Positions 40,381-49,343 of a DNA stretch of 64,000 nucleotides are shown here, in pieces; within the stretch, counting starts at the first letter, position 1; each line of letters begins with the position of its first letter. The notes beneath the pieces were generated by a model. That model did not search any database and had not been told where the DNA came from. It saw only the letters and a list, made by a program, of their open reading frames with translations. A program made the translations under genes and the position numbers. This DNA comes from Dehalococcoidia bacterium (GTDB lineage Bacteria > Chloroflexota > Dehalococcoidia > Bin125): the NCBI GenBank assembly GCA_963663895.2, contig CAXXRD010000005.1:128001-192000 (forward strand), read 5' to 3'.

Positions 40381-41028
40381 ATGGTTGAGGCCTGGCTCGT
40401 TGGCTGCGTGGCCGGATACCTGCTGGGCTCGATCCCGGTGGGGCTGTGGGTCGGTCGTGCTGTAGGCGGCGTCGACTTGCGACAGGTGGGGAGCGGGAAG
40501 ATCGGCGCGACCAACACCTTGCGCCGATTGGGGAAGAAGTGGTCGCTGCTGGTGTTCGTCCTCGACGGGTCGAAGGGTGCCCTGGCGGTGCTCGTTCCCT
40601 ATCTGATTTGGGACAGTCCCACCGCGGAGGTGATCGGGGGGCTGGCCGCGATTGTCGGGCACATCTTCCCGATTTTCGCACGCTTCCGTGGGGGCCGCGG
40701 CGCCACGACGGCGCTGGTTGCGTTGCTCGTACTCGCTCCGCCCCTGGGGGCGATCGGCTTCGCGTCCGGGATCTTCTTCGTTGTCGCTACGCGGATCGTG
40801 TCGATCGCGACTCTCGCGACGGCGGTCCTGCTCGCCATTCTGCTGTCGGCCTTTGTGGCGCTTGGGGAAGAGCCGACGGCGTACTATGCCTACGCTTGGT
40901 GCTCGTGCGTAATCATCCTGATCGCGCATCGCGACAATATTCGGCGGTTGCTGGCGGGTACCGAGCCTCGCATTGGGCAGATGGGTCGGACGGACAAGTT
41001 GACCACCGAGGCCGGGGAGCGACCGTGA
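40381..41028 (+). CDS. plsY: Glycerol-3-phosphate acyltransferase PlsY
   Basis: YLLGSIP, GSGKIGATN, GHIFPIF..FRGGRG, HRDNI.RL..GTE. Confidence 0.95.
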   Translation: MVEAWLVGCVAGYLLGSIPVGLWVGRAVGGVDLRQVGSGKIGATNTLRRLGKKWSLLVFVLDGSKGALAVLVPYLIWDSPTAEVIGGLAAIVGHIFPIFARFRGGRGATTALVALLVLAPPLGAIGFASGIFFVVATRIVSIATLATAVLLAILLSAFVALGEEPTAYYAYAWCSCVIILIAHRDNIRRLLAGTEPRIGQMGRTDKLTTEAGERP

Positions 41029-42053
41029 GCGGGGCGCATGTCCTTGTCGTCGGCAGTACCTCCTGGGGTTGCACCCTGGCGATGCAACTCGCCCGCGCCG
41101 GCAGCCGTGTATCGCTCCACTGTCGTAGCGCGGCGGCGGCGGAGCAGCTCAGCGCGGAGCGAGAGGAGCGGCGGCTGCTCCCCGGCATCGCCTTGCCGGA
41201 CTCGCTGGAGTTCACGACGACGGAGGCGGTTCCCCCGTCGCCGGACGCGATCTTCTTCGTCGTGCCCTCGCAGCGTTTGCGGGACAACGTTGAGGAGGTG
41301 TTGCCGGCGTTGGCGCGCCCCCTGCCGCCGCTGGTGAGCGCCAGCAAGGGACTGGAGATCGGCACGGAGTTGCGGATGACGGAGGTCATGGCGGAAAAGA
41401 CGCGAACCTTGGGGGAAGCGCCGCCGCTTGTGGCATTGTCCGGTCCCAACATCGCGCGAGAGGTGGCACTCGGACTGCCGGCGACGACGGTCGTCGCCTG
41501 CCGGGACGTGGCGGTGGCGGAGACGCTGCGGGACATGCTGATGACCCCGGCCTTGCGGGTGTACACCAGCTCCGACATCGTCGGGGTGGAGTTGGGCGGG
41601 GCGCTGAAGAACGTGATCGCGATCGGCGTGGGAATCGGGGACGGACTCAACCTGGGCGAGAATGCGCGGGCTGCCCTGACTGCACGTGGGTTGGCCGAAA
41701 TTACCCGGCTGGGGATGGCGTTGGGGGCAGAGCCGCTCACGCTGACGGGGTTAGCGGGATTAGGTGATCTGATCCTGACGTGTACGAGCCAGCGATCGCG
41801 CAATCGTTACGTTGGCGAGCAGATCGGCAAAGGTCGCTCCCTGGATACGGTCCTGGGGGAGATGGTGCACGTGGCGGAGGGTGTGGATACGACGCGCGTA
41901 GCGCGCACCCTGGCCCGCCGGGTCGGTGTCGAGATGCCGATCGTGGACGCGATCTATCGGGTGTTGTCCGAGGGTCAACAGCCGATGGACGCCGTGCGAT
42001 CCTTGATGACGCGTGCTGCTCAGCAGGAACTGGTGGGACGATCGTCGCCCTAG
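41025..42053 (+). CDS. gpsA: NAD(P)H-dependent glycerol-3-phosphate dehydrogenase
   Basis: GSTSWG, SKGLE, LSGPNIA, GGALKNVIA, GLGDLILTC, SRNR, AEG. Confidence 0.95.
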   Translation: MSGAHVLVVGSTSWGCTLAMQLARAGSRVSLHCRSAAAAEQLSAEREERRLLPGIALPDSLEFTTTEAVPPSPDAIFFVVPSQRLRDNVEEVLPALARPLPPLVSASKGLEIGTELRMTEVMAEKTRTLGEAPPLVALSGPNIAREVALGLPATTVVACRDVAVAETLRDMLMTPALRVYTSSDIVGVELGGALKNVIAIGVGIGDGLNLGENARAALTARGLAEITRLGMALGAEPLTLTGLAGLGDLILTCTSQRSRNRYVGEQIGKGRSLDTVLGEMVHVAEGVDTTRVARTLARRVGVEMPIVDAIYRVLSEGQQPMDAVRSLMTRAAQQELVGRSSP

Positions 42054-42135
42054 CGTTCCCTGGCTCGTGCTTGGGGTCTCTTCGTACACTATGCGGGAAC
42101 GAGGATGACGGGGAGCGAAAACGGCGGGTCGCGTG

Positions 42136-43098
42136 ATGGAGACCGCGTCGAGCCGGCCCACGAGCGCAGCGATCGACTTCGAGCGCTTGTTCGCGGCGCT
42201 CATGGAACCGGGCGCGCTGCTTGATGACGAGGACTTGGAAGCGCTCATCGCGCTGAGGTCCGATGGACATCGGCAGCTGCGGACAGCACTCGATGGGCTT
42301 GATGCCAGTGCGCGATTCGGGGTGCTGGCTCGGCTGATCGATCTGGCGGAGGTGCAGGTCCGGTTCGATGCCGGCCCGATCTGCCTCGATCGCCTGCAGG
42401 ACCCGGATGCCGGTGTGCGCGCTCTGGCGGCGAACGGGCTGCGGGAGGTCGAAGGGCGTGAGGCATTGGCTCGCTTGCAGCAGATCGCTGCCGACGACCC
42501 GGACGCACTGGTGCGGGCGGAGGCGATCGGAGCGCTCCGTCCTTGGGTCCTGCGTGCCGAATTCGGGCAGCTGCGGCCCGACGATCGATCGGGATTGATC
42601 GCGACCTTGCGGGAATTGGCTGAGGACGGCGGCACGGAGGCGTCGCTGCGGGGGAGCGCGGTCGAGAGCCTTGGCGTGCTGAGCGAGGAGTGGGTCCGCG
42701 AGCTGATCCATGAGTCGTTCGCGGCGGAGGATCAAAGGCTGCGCCTTGGGGCGTTGCGCGCGATGGGCTGGAGCGCCGATCCCTACTGGCTGCCGACCGT
42801 CCTCGACGCGGTCGCAGCGCTGGACGATGAAGAGCGGGCTGCGGCGGCGTTCGCGGCAGGCGAGATCGAGGATGAGGATGCGGTCCCATCGCTCCGCGAT
42901 CTCCTTGAGGACGAGAGCCTGGATGTCGTCTTAACGGCCGTTGCGGCGCTGGGGGAGATCGGCGGCCCGCTGGCGTTGGAGGCGTTAGCGGCCGCCTCCA
43001 CGCATCCTGAGGCGGAGGTACGGGACGCGGCAAGGGCCGTGAGCGAGAGGACGGCGATCCTCGCTGATCCGCTCGGCATGACGGGGATGCAGTACTGA
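42136..43098 (+). CDS. HEAT-repeat protein
   Basis: Repeated D.D..VR..A..ALG units. Confidence 0.85.
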   Translation: METASSRPTSAAIDFERLFAALMEPGALLDDEDLEALIALRSDGHRQLRTALDGLDASARFGVLARLIDLAEVQVRFDAGPICLDRLQDPDAGVRALAANGLREVEGREALARLQQIAADDPDALVRAEAIGALRPWVLRAEFGQLRPDDRSGLIATLRELAEDGGTEASLRGSAVESLGVLSEEWVRELIHESFAAEDQRLRLGALRAMGWSADPYWLPTVLDAVAALDDEERAAAAFAAGEIEDEDAVPSLRDLLEDESLDVVLTAVAALGEIGGPLALEALAAASTHPEAEVRDAARAVSERTAILADPLGMTGMQY

Positions 43099-43108
43099 GC
43101 TGGCCGCC

Positions 43109-43591
43109 GTGAAACGCGAAAATCGACTTCAAACACGACGAGCGGTCTCGGCCGGTGGCGTGGTGTATCGACGGACTGCGGGTGAGGTGGCGGTGCTGCT
43201 CGTCGAGACGCCGGGAGGGCAGTGGGGCCTGCCCAAGGGGACGCCGGGCGGTGACGAAGAGCTAGAAGAGGCAGCGGTGCGCGAGGTGGTGGAGGAGACC
43301 GGCTTGCAGGTGGATCGGGAGGGCAAGATCGGGACTATCGAATACTGGTTCGTGCGGGCCGAGGAAGGACAGCGGGTGCACAAGTACGTGCACTTCTGGC
43401 TGATGCGGCCGACGGGGGGCAGCATCGCCGATCACGATGCCGAGCACATCTCCGTTCGCTGGTTTTCGTTGGAGCGGGCGCTCGAGCGGGCGACGCATGA
43501 GAACACGAAGGCGATTCTGCGGAAAGCGGCCACGCTGCTCGACAAAGGCGATGCGGCTTTCGAGGCGACCGGCCCCGCGGAGGCTGGCTGA
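43109..43591 (+). CDS. Nudix hydrolase (Ap4A hydrolase-like)
   Basis: SAGGVV, WGLPKG, AVREVVEETG. Confidence 0.9.
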   Translation: MKRENRLQTRRAVSAGGVVYRRTAGEVAVLLVETPGGQWGLPKGTPGGDEELEEAAVREVVEETGLQVDREGKIGTIEYWFVRAEEGQRVHKYVHFWLMRPTGGSIADHDAEHISVRWFSLERALERATHENTKAILRKAATLLDKGDAAFEATGPAEAG

Positions 43592-44154
43592 TGTCCGTCT
43601 ATGAGGAAGAGAGGGGCGTGGCCCGTCATGACGGGGAACTGGCCCGTGGGACGCGGGTGGTGCTGCGGGGGAAGCGGCTGTCGGACGCCCCGCAGGACTA
43701 CGCTTGGCGCAGCGATCCCAACCTGGCGCGCTACGATGCCAGTCCGCCGCTACGCGGAACGCAGGCTGAGTACGTCGCCAGCTACACTGAGGAGTTGCTC
43801 CATCCTCCCGCCTGTCGGCGCGTGATCGCCGTCGACGATCTGCAGGAGCGGCACATCGGCAACGTGATGTACTACAACATTGATCTCGCTCGTCGTGAGG
43901 CGGAGGTCGGTATCACCATCGGGGAGCCGGCCTACTGGGGCCGCGGCTACGGCAGCGAAGCCGTGCGGCTGCTGGTCGACTACATTTTCGCGACGACGTC
44001 CCTGACGCGGCTCTATCTGCATACACTCGACTGGAACCTGCGGGCGCAGCGCAGCTTCGCGCGCGCCGGGTTTCGCGATTGCGGCCGTGCCTACCGCAGC
44101 GGCCACATCTTTCACGTGATGGAAGCGCGCCGGGAGTGGCGGCGAGAGGGCTAG
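43591..44154 (+). CDS. GNAT N-acetyltransferase (RimJ/RimL-like)
   Basis: IGN, EVGITIG, YWGRGYGSEA, N.RA...F.RAGF. Confidence 0.9.
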   Translation: MSVYEEERGVARHDGELARGTRVVLRGKRLSDAPQDYAWRSDPNLARYDASPPLRGTQAEYVASYTEELLHPPACRRVIAVDDLQERHIGNVMYYNIDLARREAEVGITIGEPAYWGRGYGSEAVRLLVDYIFATTSLTRLYLHTLDWNLRAQRSFARAGFRDCGRAYRSGHIFHVMEARREWRREG

Positions 44155-44167
44155 CGGCCGGGCGCGG

Positions 44168-44611
44168 CTAGGGTTGGGCGGCGGGGCGGGAAGGCAGCGC
44201 GACGAGGGCGCTCCCTGGGGTCGTCTTCTCGCCGGATTCGTTCTCGCTCCAGATCTCCAGCTCCACGAGATTTTCGCCGTTCTCGCTGCGCGTGCCGGTC
44301 ACGCGCCCCTTCACCGTGAGGTCCTGGTTGGGGTAGTCCTGGCCGCGGAACGAGCAAGCGATCCGCTTCACGGTTGCTTGGGGACCGGCCCAGCTGGAGA
44401 CCAGACGGCTCAGCAGCGCGTGCTTGAACGGGCCATGCACTAGAACGGTGGGGACCCCGGTCCCGACCGCGAAGTCCTTGTCGTAGTGAACGGGGTAGAA
44501 GTCGCCCACGGCGGCGGCCCAGTGGACGAGCTGCGTGGTCGTGGGGCGCTCCGTGATCTCGGGGAGCAGGTCGCCCTCGCCGATGTCTTCGAAGTAGATC
44601 TGGTCGGCCAT
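44168..44611 (-). CDS. MaoC-family (R)-specific hydratase/dehydratase, catalytic (HadB-like) subunit
   Basis: YFEDI..GD, hydratase motif GDFYPVHYD..FA, VHG. Confidence 0.88.
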   Translation of the reverse strand: MADQIYFEDIGEGDLLPEITERPTTTQLVHWAAAVGDFYPVHYDKDFAVGTGVPTVLVHGPFKHALLSRLVSSWAGPQATVKRIACSFRGQDYPNQDLTVKGRVTGTRSENGENLVELEIWSENESGEKTTPGSALVALPSRPAAQP

Positions 44612-44613
44612 CT

Positions 44614-45162
44614 CTATGTCCCTTCTACGGGCGTGTAGCCGATGAGCGTGAAGCGGTAGACGGCGACCGGCGCCTCGTCGCGCCTGAAGGTCGTCGCGGT
44701 CGTTTGGATGACCATGGGGCCGTTCAGCGCCTTGGAGTAGCGCTCGCGGATGTCCTCGAGCTTGGTCCGGGAGACGAGTACGTCGCCGGCGCAGATGTCT
44801 GGGTCGATGTATTCGAGATCGAGGGAGCCTGCGAGGAGCTCGGTGTGGATGGATTGCACGGGTGAAAAGGGATGATTGACCGCAGCATTGGAGTCGAACG
44901 GCCAACTCATCAGGTAGTCGCTCTGCTCCGGATCGTAGGCGGGAAAGCCCAAGTGACCGGGCGGAGCTGGAAGGTCCCTGTAGCCGCGGCGCTTGGCCTC
45001 GTCCGCGTGGTAGTAGACGCGATCGCGGTAGCCGGCGGCCCGTGCGAAGGCGCGGATGCCCGGACGGGTCACCTCATGGGTGCAGGGTGCGCTTTCCACG
45101 CCCACGAGCGCCAGGATCTCATCCGTGAGCGAGGATTCGAACGCGGGCGTGTCGGTGGCCAT
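44614..45162 (-). CDS. MaoC_dehydrat_N / HadA-like hot-dog subunit
   Basis: IRAFARAAG..D.VY...EAKRRGYRDLPAPP, ICAGDVL. Confidence 0.85.
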   Translation of the reverse strand: MATDTPAFESSLTDEILALVGVESAPCTHEVTRPGIRAFARAAGYRDRVYYHADEAKRRGYRDLPAPPGHLGFPAYDPEQSDYLMSWPFDSNAAVNHPFSPVQSIHTELLAGSLDLEYIDPDICAGDVLVSRTKLEDIRERYSKALNGPMVIQTTATTFRRDEAPVAVYRFTLIGYTPVEGT

Positions 45163-45180
45163 GGCGTCGCTCCAGGGTGG

Positions 45181-45612
45181 CTAGGCCCGCGACGGCAGGG
45201 TGACGACGGCGGAGCCGGGCGTGGTCGTCTTGCCGTTCGCGTCCTCGACCCAGATCTCCAACTCGACGATGTTGCGGGCGCCCTCTTGGTACTTCTTGGT
45301 GATCTTGCCTTTGTGGGTCAGCCGCCGGTTGGGGAGGTCCATGCCCCGATAGGAGCAGGCGACCCGCTTGATGCGGCCGCCGGGCGCGACCCATTGGTGC
45401 AGCAGCTCGCCCAGGAAGGCGTGCTTGAGCGCGCCGTGCACGATCGGACCCTCCAGGCCGTTGCGCTTGGCGAATGCGGGGTCGTAGTGGATCTGGTAGA
45501 AGTCGCCGGAGCCCGCGGCCCATTGCACAAGCTGGAGGCTATCCGGCTCCTTCACCAAGCTCGGGATCTCCGCCCCGACCTCGACATCCTCGAAGTAGAC
45601 CTGGTCCACCAC
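45181..45612 (-). CDS. MaoC-family dehydratase, catalytic (HadB-like) subunit
   Basis: YFEDVEVG, GDFYQIHYD..FA, IVHG; paralog of 44168-44611. Confidence 0.88.
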   Translation of the reverse strand: MVDQVYFEDVEVGAEIPSLVKEPDSLQLVQWAAGSGDFYQIHYDPAFAKRNGLEGPIVHGALKHAFLGELLHQWVAPGGRIKRVACSYRGMDLPNRRLTHKGKITKKYQEGARNIVELEIWVEDANGKTTTPGSAVVTLPSRA

Positions 45613-45800
45613 AGCTCCCTCCCGCCGTCAGGCTACCAGACCCGGTCGTGCACTAGAACTTACATTGGAAATTGGACAGGCTGGAGGGAGGCTTGCGTCC
45701 GCTCCAGTCGACTGGCACCGTTTCCAGCGAAGCAGCGCCGGATAGTGGCGTCAGCAGTACAGGCACAGTCGGACTAATTCCACTGAGCGAGGAGAACAGC

Positions 45801-47918
45801 ATGTCGCGCACACTCTTCCGAACGACGAGGTTCGACCTCGACCACCTCGTGAAGAACATCGACCGTGGCGACGTAGCCCTGCCCGATATCCAACGCCCTT
45901 TCGTGTGGTCGACCGCAAAGGTGCGCGACCTATTTGACTCCATGCTTAATGGCTTCCCGGTCGGGTACCTGCTCTTTTGGGTGACGGAGGCCCCCGCAGG
46001 CTCGCGGCAGATTGGGACGGACGCAAAGGAAGAGAGGATAGCGCGCTGGCTCATCGTCGACGGACAGCAGCGGCTCACCAGCCTATACGCGGTGATTACC
46101 GGTCACTCGATCGTACGGGAGGACTATACCGAGGCGCGCCTGCGTTTGGCGTTCTCCCCGCTTGATGGCCGTTTTGAGGTCACGGACGCTGCGATCGAAC
46201 GCGATCCCGAGTTCCTCGCGGATATCACACCGATCTGGGACAACTACCGTGGGACTGTCCGCGCGTACACTGAGCGGCTCGAGTCCAGTCGTGGCCCCCT
46301 TAGCGCAGAGCTAGAAGACCTAATCGAGGAACGGTTCGATCGGCTGCGAGACCTGCGCTCGTACCCATTTGAAGTCGTCGAGCTCGACTCGGGGATGGAC
46401 GAGGAGCGAGTCGCCGATGTCTTCGTGCGTATCAACTCGGAGGGAGTACTACTGAATCGCGCCGACTTCATCTTGACGCTCATGAGCGTCTTTCAGGAGG
46501 CGTCCCGCCGGCAGTTGGAAGAGTTCGCGAGGGCAGCAAAGCTGCCCCAGCCAGTCAAAGCCGGACCGTTCAACTGGTTCATCCAGCCGCAGCCAGATCA
46601 GCTCCTGCGTGTCTCGATCGCGCTCGCATTCCGCCGTGCCGTGCTTCGGCACGCATACTCGCTGCTCCGCGGGAAGGATCTCGAGACGGGCGAAGTCTCT
46701 TCGGAGAAGCGCGACGAGCAATTCGCGAGACTCCAGAAGGCGCAAACCCAGGTTGTCGACCTCACCAACTGGCATGAGTTCCTGCAGTGTTTGGAGCGAG
46801 CAGGGTTTCGTGGATCAAAGATGATTTCGAGTCAGAACGCTCTCCTTTACAGCTACGCACTCTGGCTTATCGGTCGTGTTGACTATCGGATTCCATTGCC
46901 CGTATTGCGTGATGTGATCGCGCGATGGTTCTTCATGGCCCACACCACTTCTCATTACTCCGGATCGTTCGAGACGCAGTTCGAGGCGGATGTCGCGCGG
47001 CTCGTGGATCTGCCACCGAACGACTCCTCCGGATTCGTCAATACGCTCAACCAAATGATCGACGACACGCTCACCAGCGACTACTGGACGATCACGTTGC
47101 CGAATAATCTCGCAACCTCGGCTCCGAAATCGCCAGCGCTGCTCGCTTACGTTGCCGCACTCAACATCCTCGATGCGGACGTGCTGCTGTCCGATACGAA
47201 GGTGCGATCACGGCTGGAACCAGCCGTGACGCTGAAGAAAGGCATCGAACGACACCACCTGTTCCCTCGCGGTTATCTACGCAACGTGCTTGGAATTTCT
47301 GAGACTCGGTCCATCAATCAAATTGCCAACTACGCTCTCGTGGAGTGGTCAGACAACATTGCGATCAGTGACTCTCCTCCATCTGAGTACTGGCCTCGGC
47401 AGATCGCCGAGAAGCAGTTGGCGCCGGGGGAGCTCGAGGCCCACCGATACTGGCACGCCCTGCCAGAGGGCTGGGAGACGATGCCATTCGACGAATTCCT
47501 CGCGACCCGACGCCAATCCATGGCGCGAGTGGTACGAGACGCCTTCGCGCGGCTCACCGACGCGGGCTACAAGCCAGAGATGTTCCAAAGCGCCGCTCCT
47601 GCAGAACCGGAGGTCTTGACCACCGAAGGCGGCCGCACAGAAGTTAGGTTCCGCGACTTGATCACTGCCGACGTTCTTCCCGCAGGCGTCTCTCTTCTAC
47701 CGTCGAATGGGGAGCTCGATCCAATTGCTACCGTTCTGCCTGACGGGAACGTGTACATGGATGGAGAGGCCTTTGAATCTCCATCCGAAGCAGCGACAGC
47801 TCTCCGTGGTGAGCTAACCAATGGTTGGGACTTCTGGAGCGCCGACCTTCCGGAAGGCCGTGTGCGGCTTCGTGTTCTGCGCGAAGATTACTTGCTGAGA
47901 GAGGGCGGCGGCGTTTGA
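45801..47918 (+). CDS. GmrSD-like modification-dependent restriction enzyme (DUF262 + DUF1524/HNH) with C-terminal RAMA domain
   Basis: PDIQRPFVW, DGQQRLT, F.RINS.G (DUF262); ERHHLFP..N.IAN (DUF1524); DLI..GVL...DG..FESPS.AA......NGWDFW (RAMA); GGAG RBS before ATG 45801. Confidence 0.88.
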   Translation: MSRTLFRTTRFDLDHLVKNIDRGDVALPDIQRPFVWSTAKVRDLFDSMLNGFPVGYLLFWVTEAPAGSRQIGTDAKEERIARWLIVDGQQRLTSLYAVITGHSIVREDYTEARLRLAFSPLDGRFEVTDAAIERDPEFLADITPIWDNYRGTVRAYTERLESSRGPLSAELEDLIEERFDRLRDLRSYPFEVVELDSGMDEERVADVFVRINSEGVLLNRADFILTLMSVFQEASRRQLEEFARAAKLPQPVKAGPFNWFIQPQPDQLLRVSIALAFRRAVLRHAYSLLRGKDLETGEVSSEKRDEQFARLQKAQTQVVDLTNWHEFLQCLERAGFRGSKMISSQNALLYSYALWLIGRVDYRIPLPVLRDVIARWFFMAHTTSHYSGSFETQFEADVARLVDLPPNDSSGFVNTLNQMIDDTLTSDYWTITLPNNLATSAPKSPALLAYVAALNILDADVLLSDTKVRSRLEPAVTLKKGIERHHLFPRGYLRNVLGISETRSINQIANYALVEWSDNIAISDSPPSEYWPRQIAEKQLAPGELEAHRYWHALPEGWETMPFDEFLATRRQSMARVVRDAFARLTDAGYKPEMFQSAAPAEPEVLTTEGGRTEVRFRDLITADVLPAGVSLLPSNGELDPIATVLPDGNVYMDGEAFESPSEAATALRGELTNGWDFWSADLPEGRVRLRVLREDYLLREGGGV

Positions 47919-48036
47919 GGCAGCTGGCGATGCGGGTACCTATTGCGGCGAGGGTCAGAGTCTCGTCCCGGCACGATGTCGTGGTGGAGGGCGACGGGAT
48001 TTGGATCAGAGTGGGCTTGATCCTTCCTCTCTTCTC

Positions 48037-48552
48037 TTAGCTGCCGTAGGCGATGGAGGTGCCGCGCATGATGGCGACGACCCGGTCGTGCTGGTTGCGA
48101 TAGGTGGTGGCCGTGACGCTGATCACCATCGCTCCTCCCAGCGCCTGGGAGTAGCGCTCGCTGAGCTGCTCGATCTTCATGCGGACGGTGAGCACGTCGC
48201 CGGCGCAGATGTCCTCGTCGAAGTACTCGATGTCGGTGCCGCCGTTGAGGGTGTTCTTGTAGGGCAGGTCGAGACGGGGGGAGAAGCCGGGCGGGCGGCC
48301 CCAAGTGCGATCGGGCGTCGCAGGATTGAAGACCAAGGTGCCCAGATAGGCGGGGGGCGCCGGCAGATCGCGGTAGCCGTGCCGCCGGGCCTCGTCGCGG
48401 TCGTAGAAGACCGGATCGCTGTAGCCGACCGCGCGGGCGAACATGCGGACGCCCGTGGTCGTCACCTCGTGCGTGGCGGGCGCGCCCTCAACCCCTACCT
48501 GGGCGCGCATGGCATCAGTGAGAACGGATTCGAATTGCGGGTCGTTGGCCAT
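48037..48552 (-). CDS. MaoC_dehydrat_N / HadA-like hot-dog subunit
   Basis: VRMFARAVG..DPVFYD..EARRHGYRDLPAPP; paralog of 44614-45162. Confidence 0.87.
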   Translation of the reverse strand: MANDPQFESVLTDAMRAQVGVEGAPATHEVTTTGVRMFARAVGYSDPVFYDRDEARRHGYRDLPAPPAYLGTLVFNPATPDRTWGRPPGFSPRLDLPYKNTLNGGTDIEYFDEDICAGDVLTVRMKIEQLSERYSQALGGAMVISVTATTYRNQHDRVVAIMRGTSIAYGS

Positions 48553-48602
48553 GGGTGCTCTCCGGGGCGGGTGGGTGGTGGGGTGGTCGGTATCGCCGGT
48601 TC

Positions 48603-49265
48603 TTAGCGGTTGCCGCTGATCTCCTGCTGGGTGCGCAGATCGACGGGGTGGTAGCGGCCCGATCGGAGCTCGCGCACGAGGTCCCGCCAGTCATGGATGT
48701 TATCGGACTCGAAGTGTGTTGCGACGGCGCCCACGTCATGGACGGCATGCGAATCCGTGCCGCCCGTGCCGGGGAGCTCCATGCGCTCGCAGAGCTCGGC
48801 GCTGAAGCGGTTTTGCTTGTCGTTGCCGCGCCCGTTGAGCGCTTCGAGGGCGACGCATTGAGCGTAGCCGGGATTGCGGGCGGCCCGTTCGATGGCGCGG
48901 CGCCACTCGTCGGCGTCGTCGCGCCAGGGCATCAGGCGGCGATAAGGATGGGCGCCGACCATGGCGCCCCCGCGCTCCTGGACGTGGTCGGCGAGCTTCT
49001 GGGCGCGGTGCATCCCGAAGACGTACTTCTCGACGCCGAAAGCGAGGATGTGTCCGTCGTCGGTGCTGATCTCGACGCCGGGGATCACGAGGAAACCGGT
49101 CTCCGCGCAGAGTTGCTCGATCTCCGCGGCGGGCCAGACGGCGTCGTGCTCCGTGAGGCAGATCGCGTCCAGTCCCGCCTCCCGCGCCCGCGCGATGAGA
49201 TCGAGCGGGTCAAGGACGGAATCGTGCGAGCGGGGCCAAGTGTGATTGTGGAGGTCGATCAGCAT
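48603..49265 (-). CDS. PHP-domain metal-dependent phosphoesterase
   Basis: DLHNHT, LTEHD, GVEIST..GH, AHP, GGTDSH. Confidence 0.92.
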   Translation of the reverse strand: MLIDLHNHTWPRSHDSVLDPLDLIARAREAGLDAICLTEHDAVWPAAEIEQLCAETGFLVIPGVEISTDDGHILAFGVEKYVFGMHRAQKLADHVQERGGAMVGAHPYRRLMPWRDDADEWRRAIERAARNPGYAQCVALEALNGRGNDKQNRFSAELCERMELPGTGGTDSHAVHDVGAVATHFESDNIHDWRDLVRELRSGRYHPVDLRTQQEISGNR

Positions 49266-49343
49266 GAGAGAAGCGGCGCGCTGGTCTTCGCCGCAGCGAT
49301 CAGTCTAGGGGCGGCTCCGAGCGCCCTCAATCAATGGCGACGC

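Noticed and set aside
47919-48036. Possible N-terminal remnant of a small gene after the HadA-like stop (PVALHHDIV)
   Set aside because: No start codon in frame and similarity too weak to call
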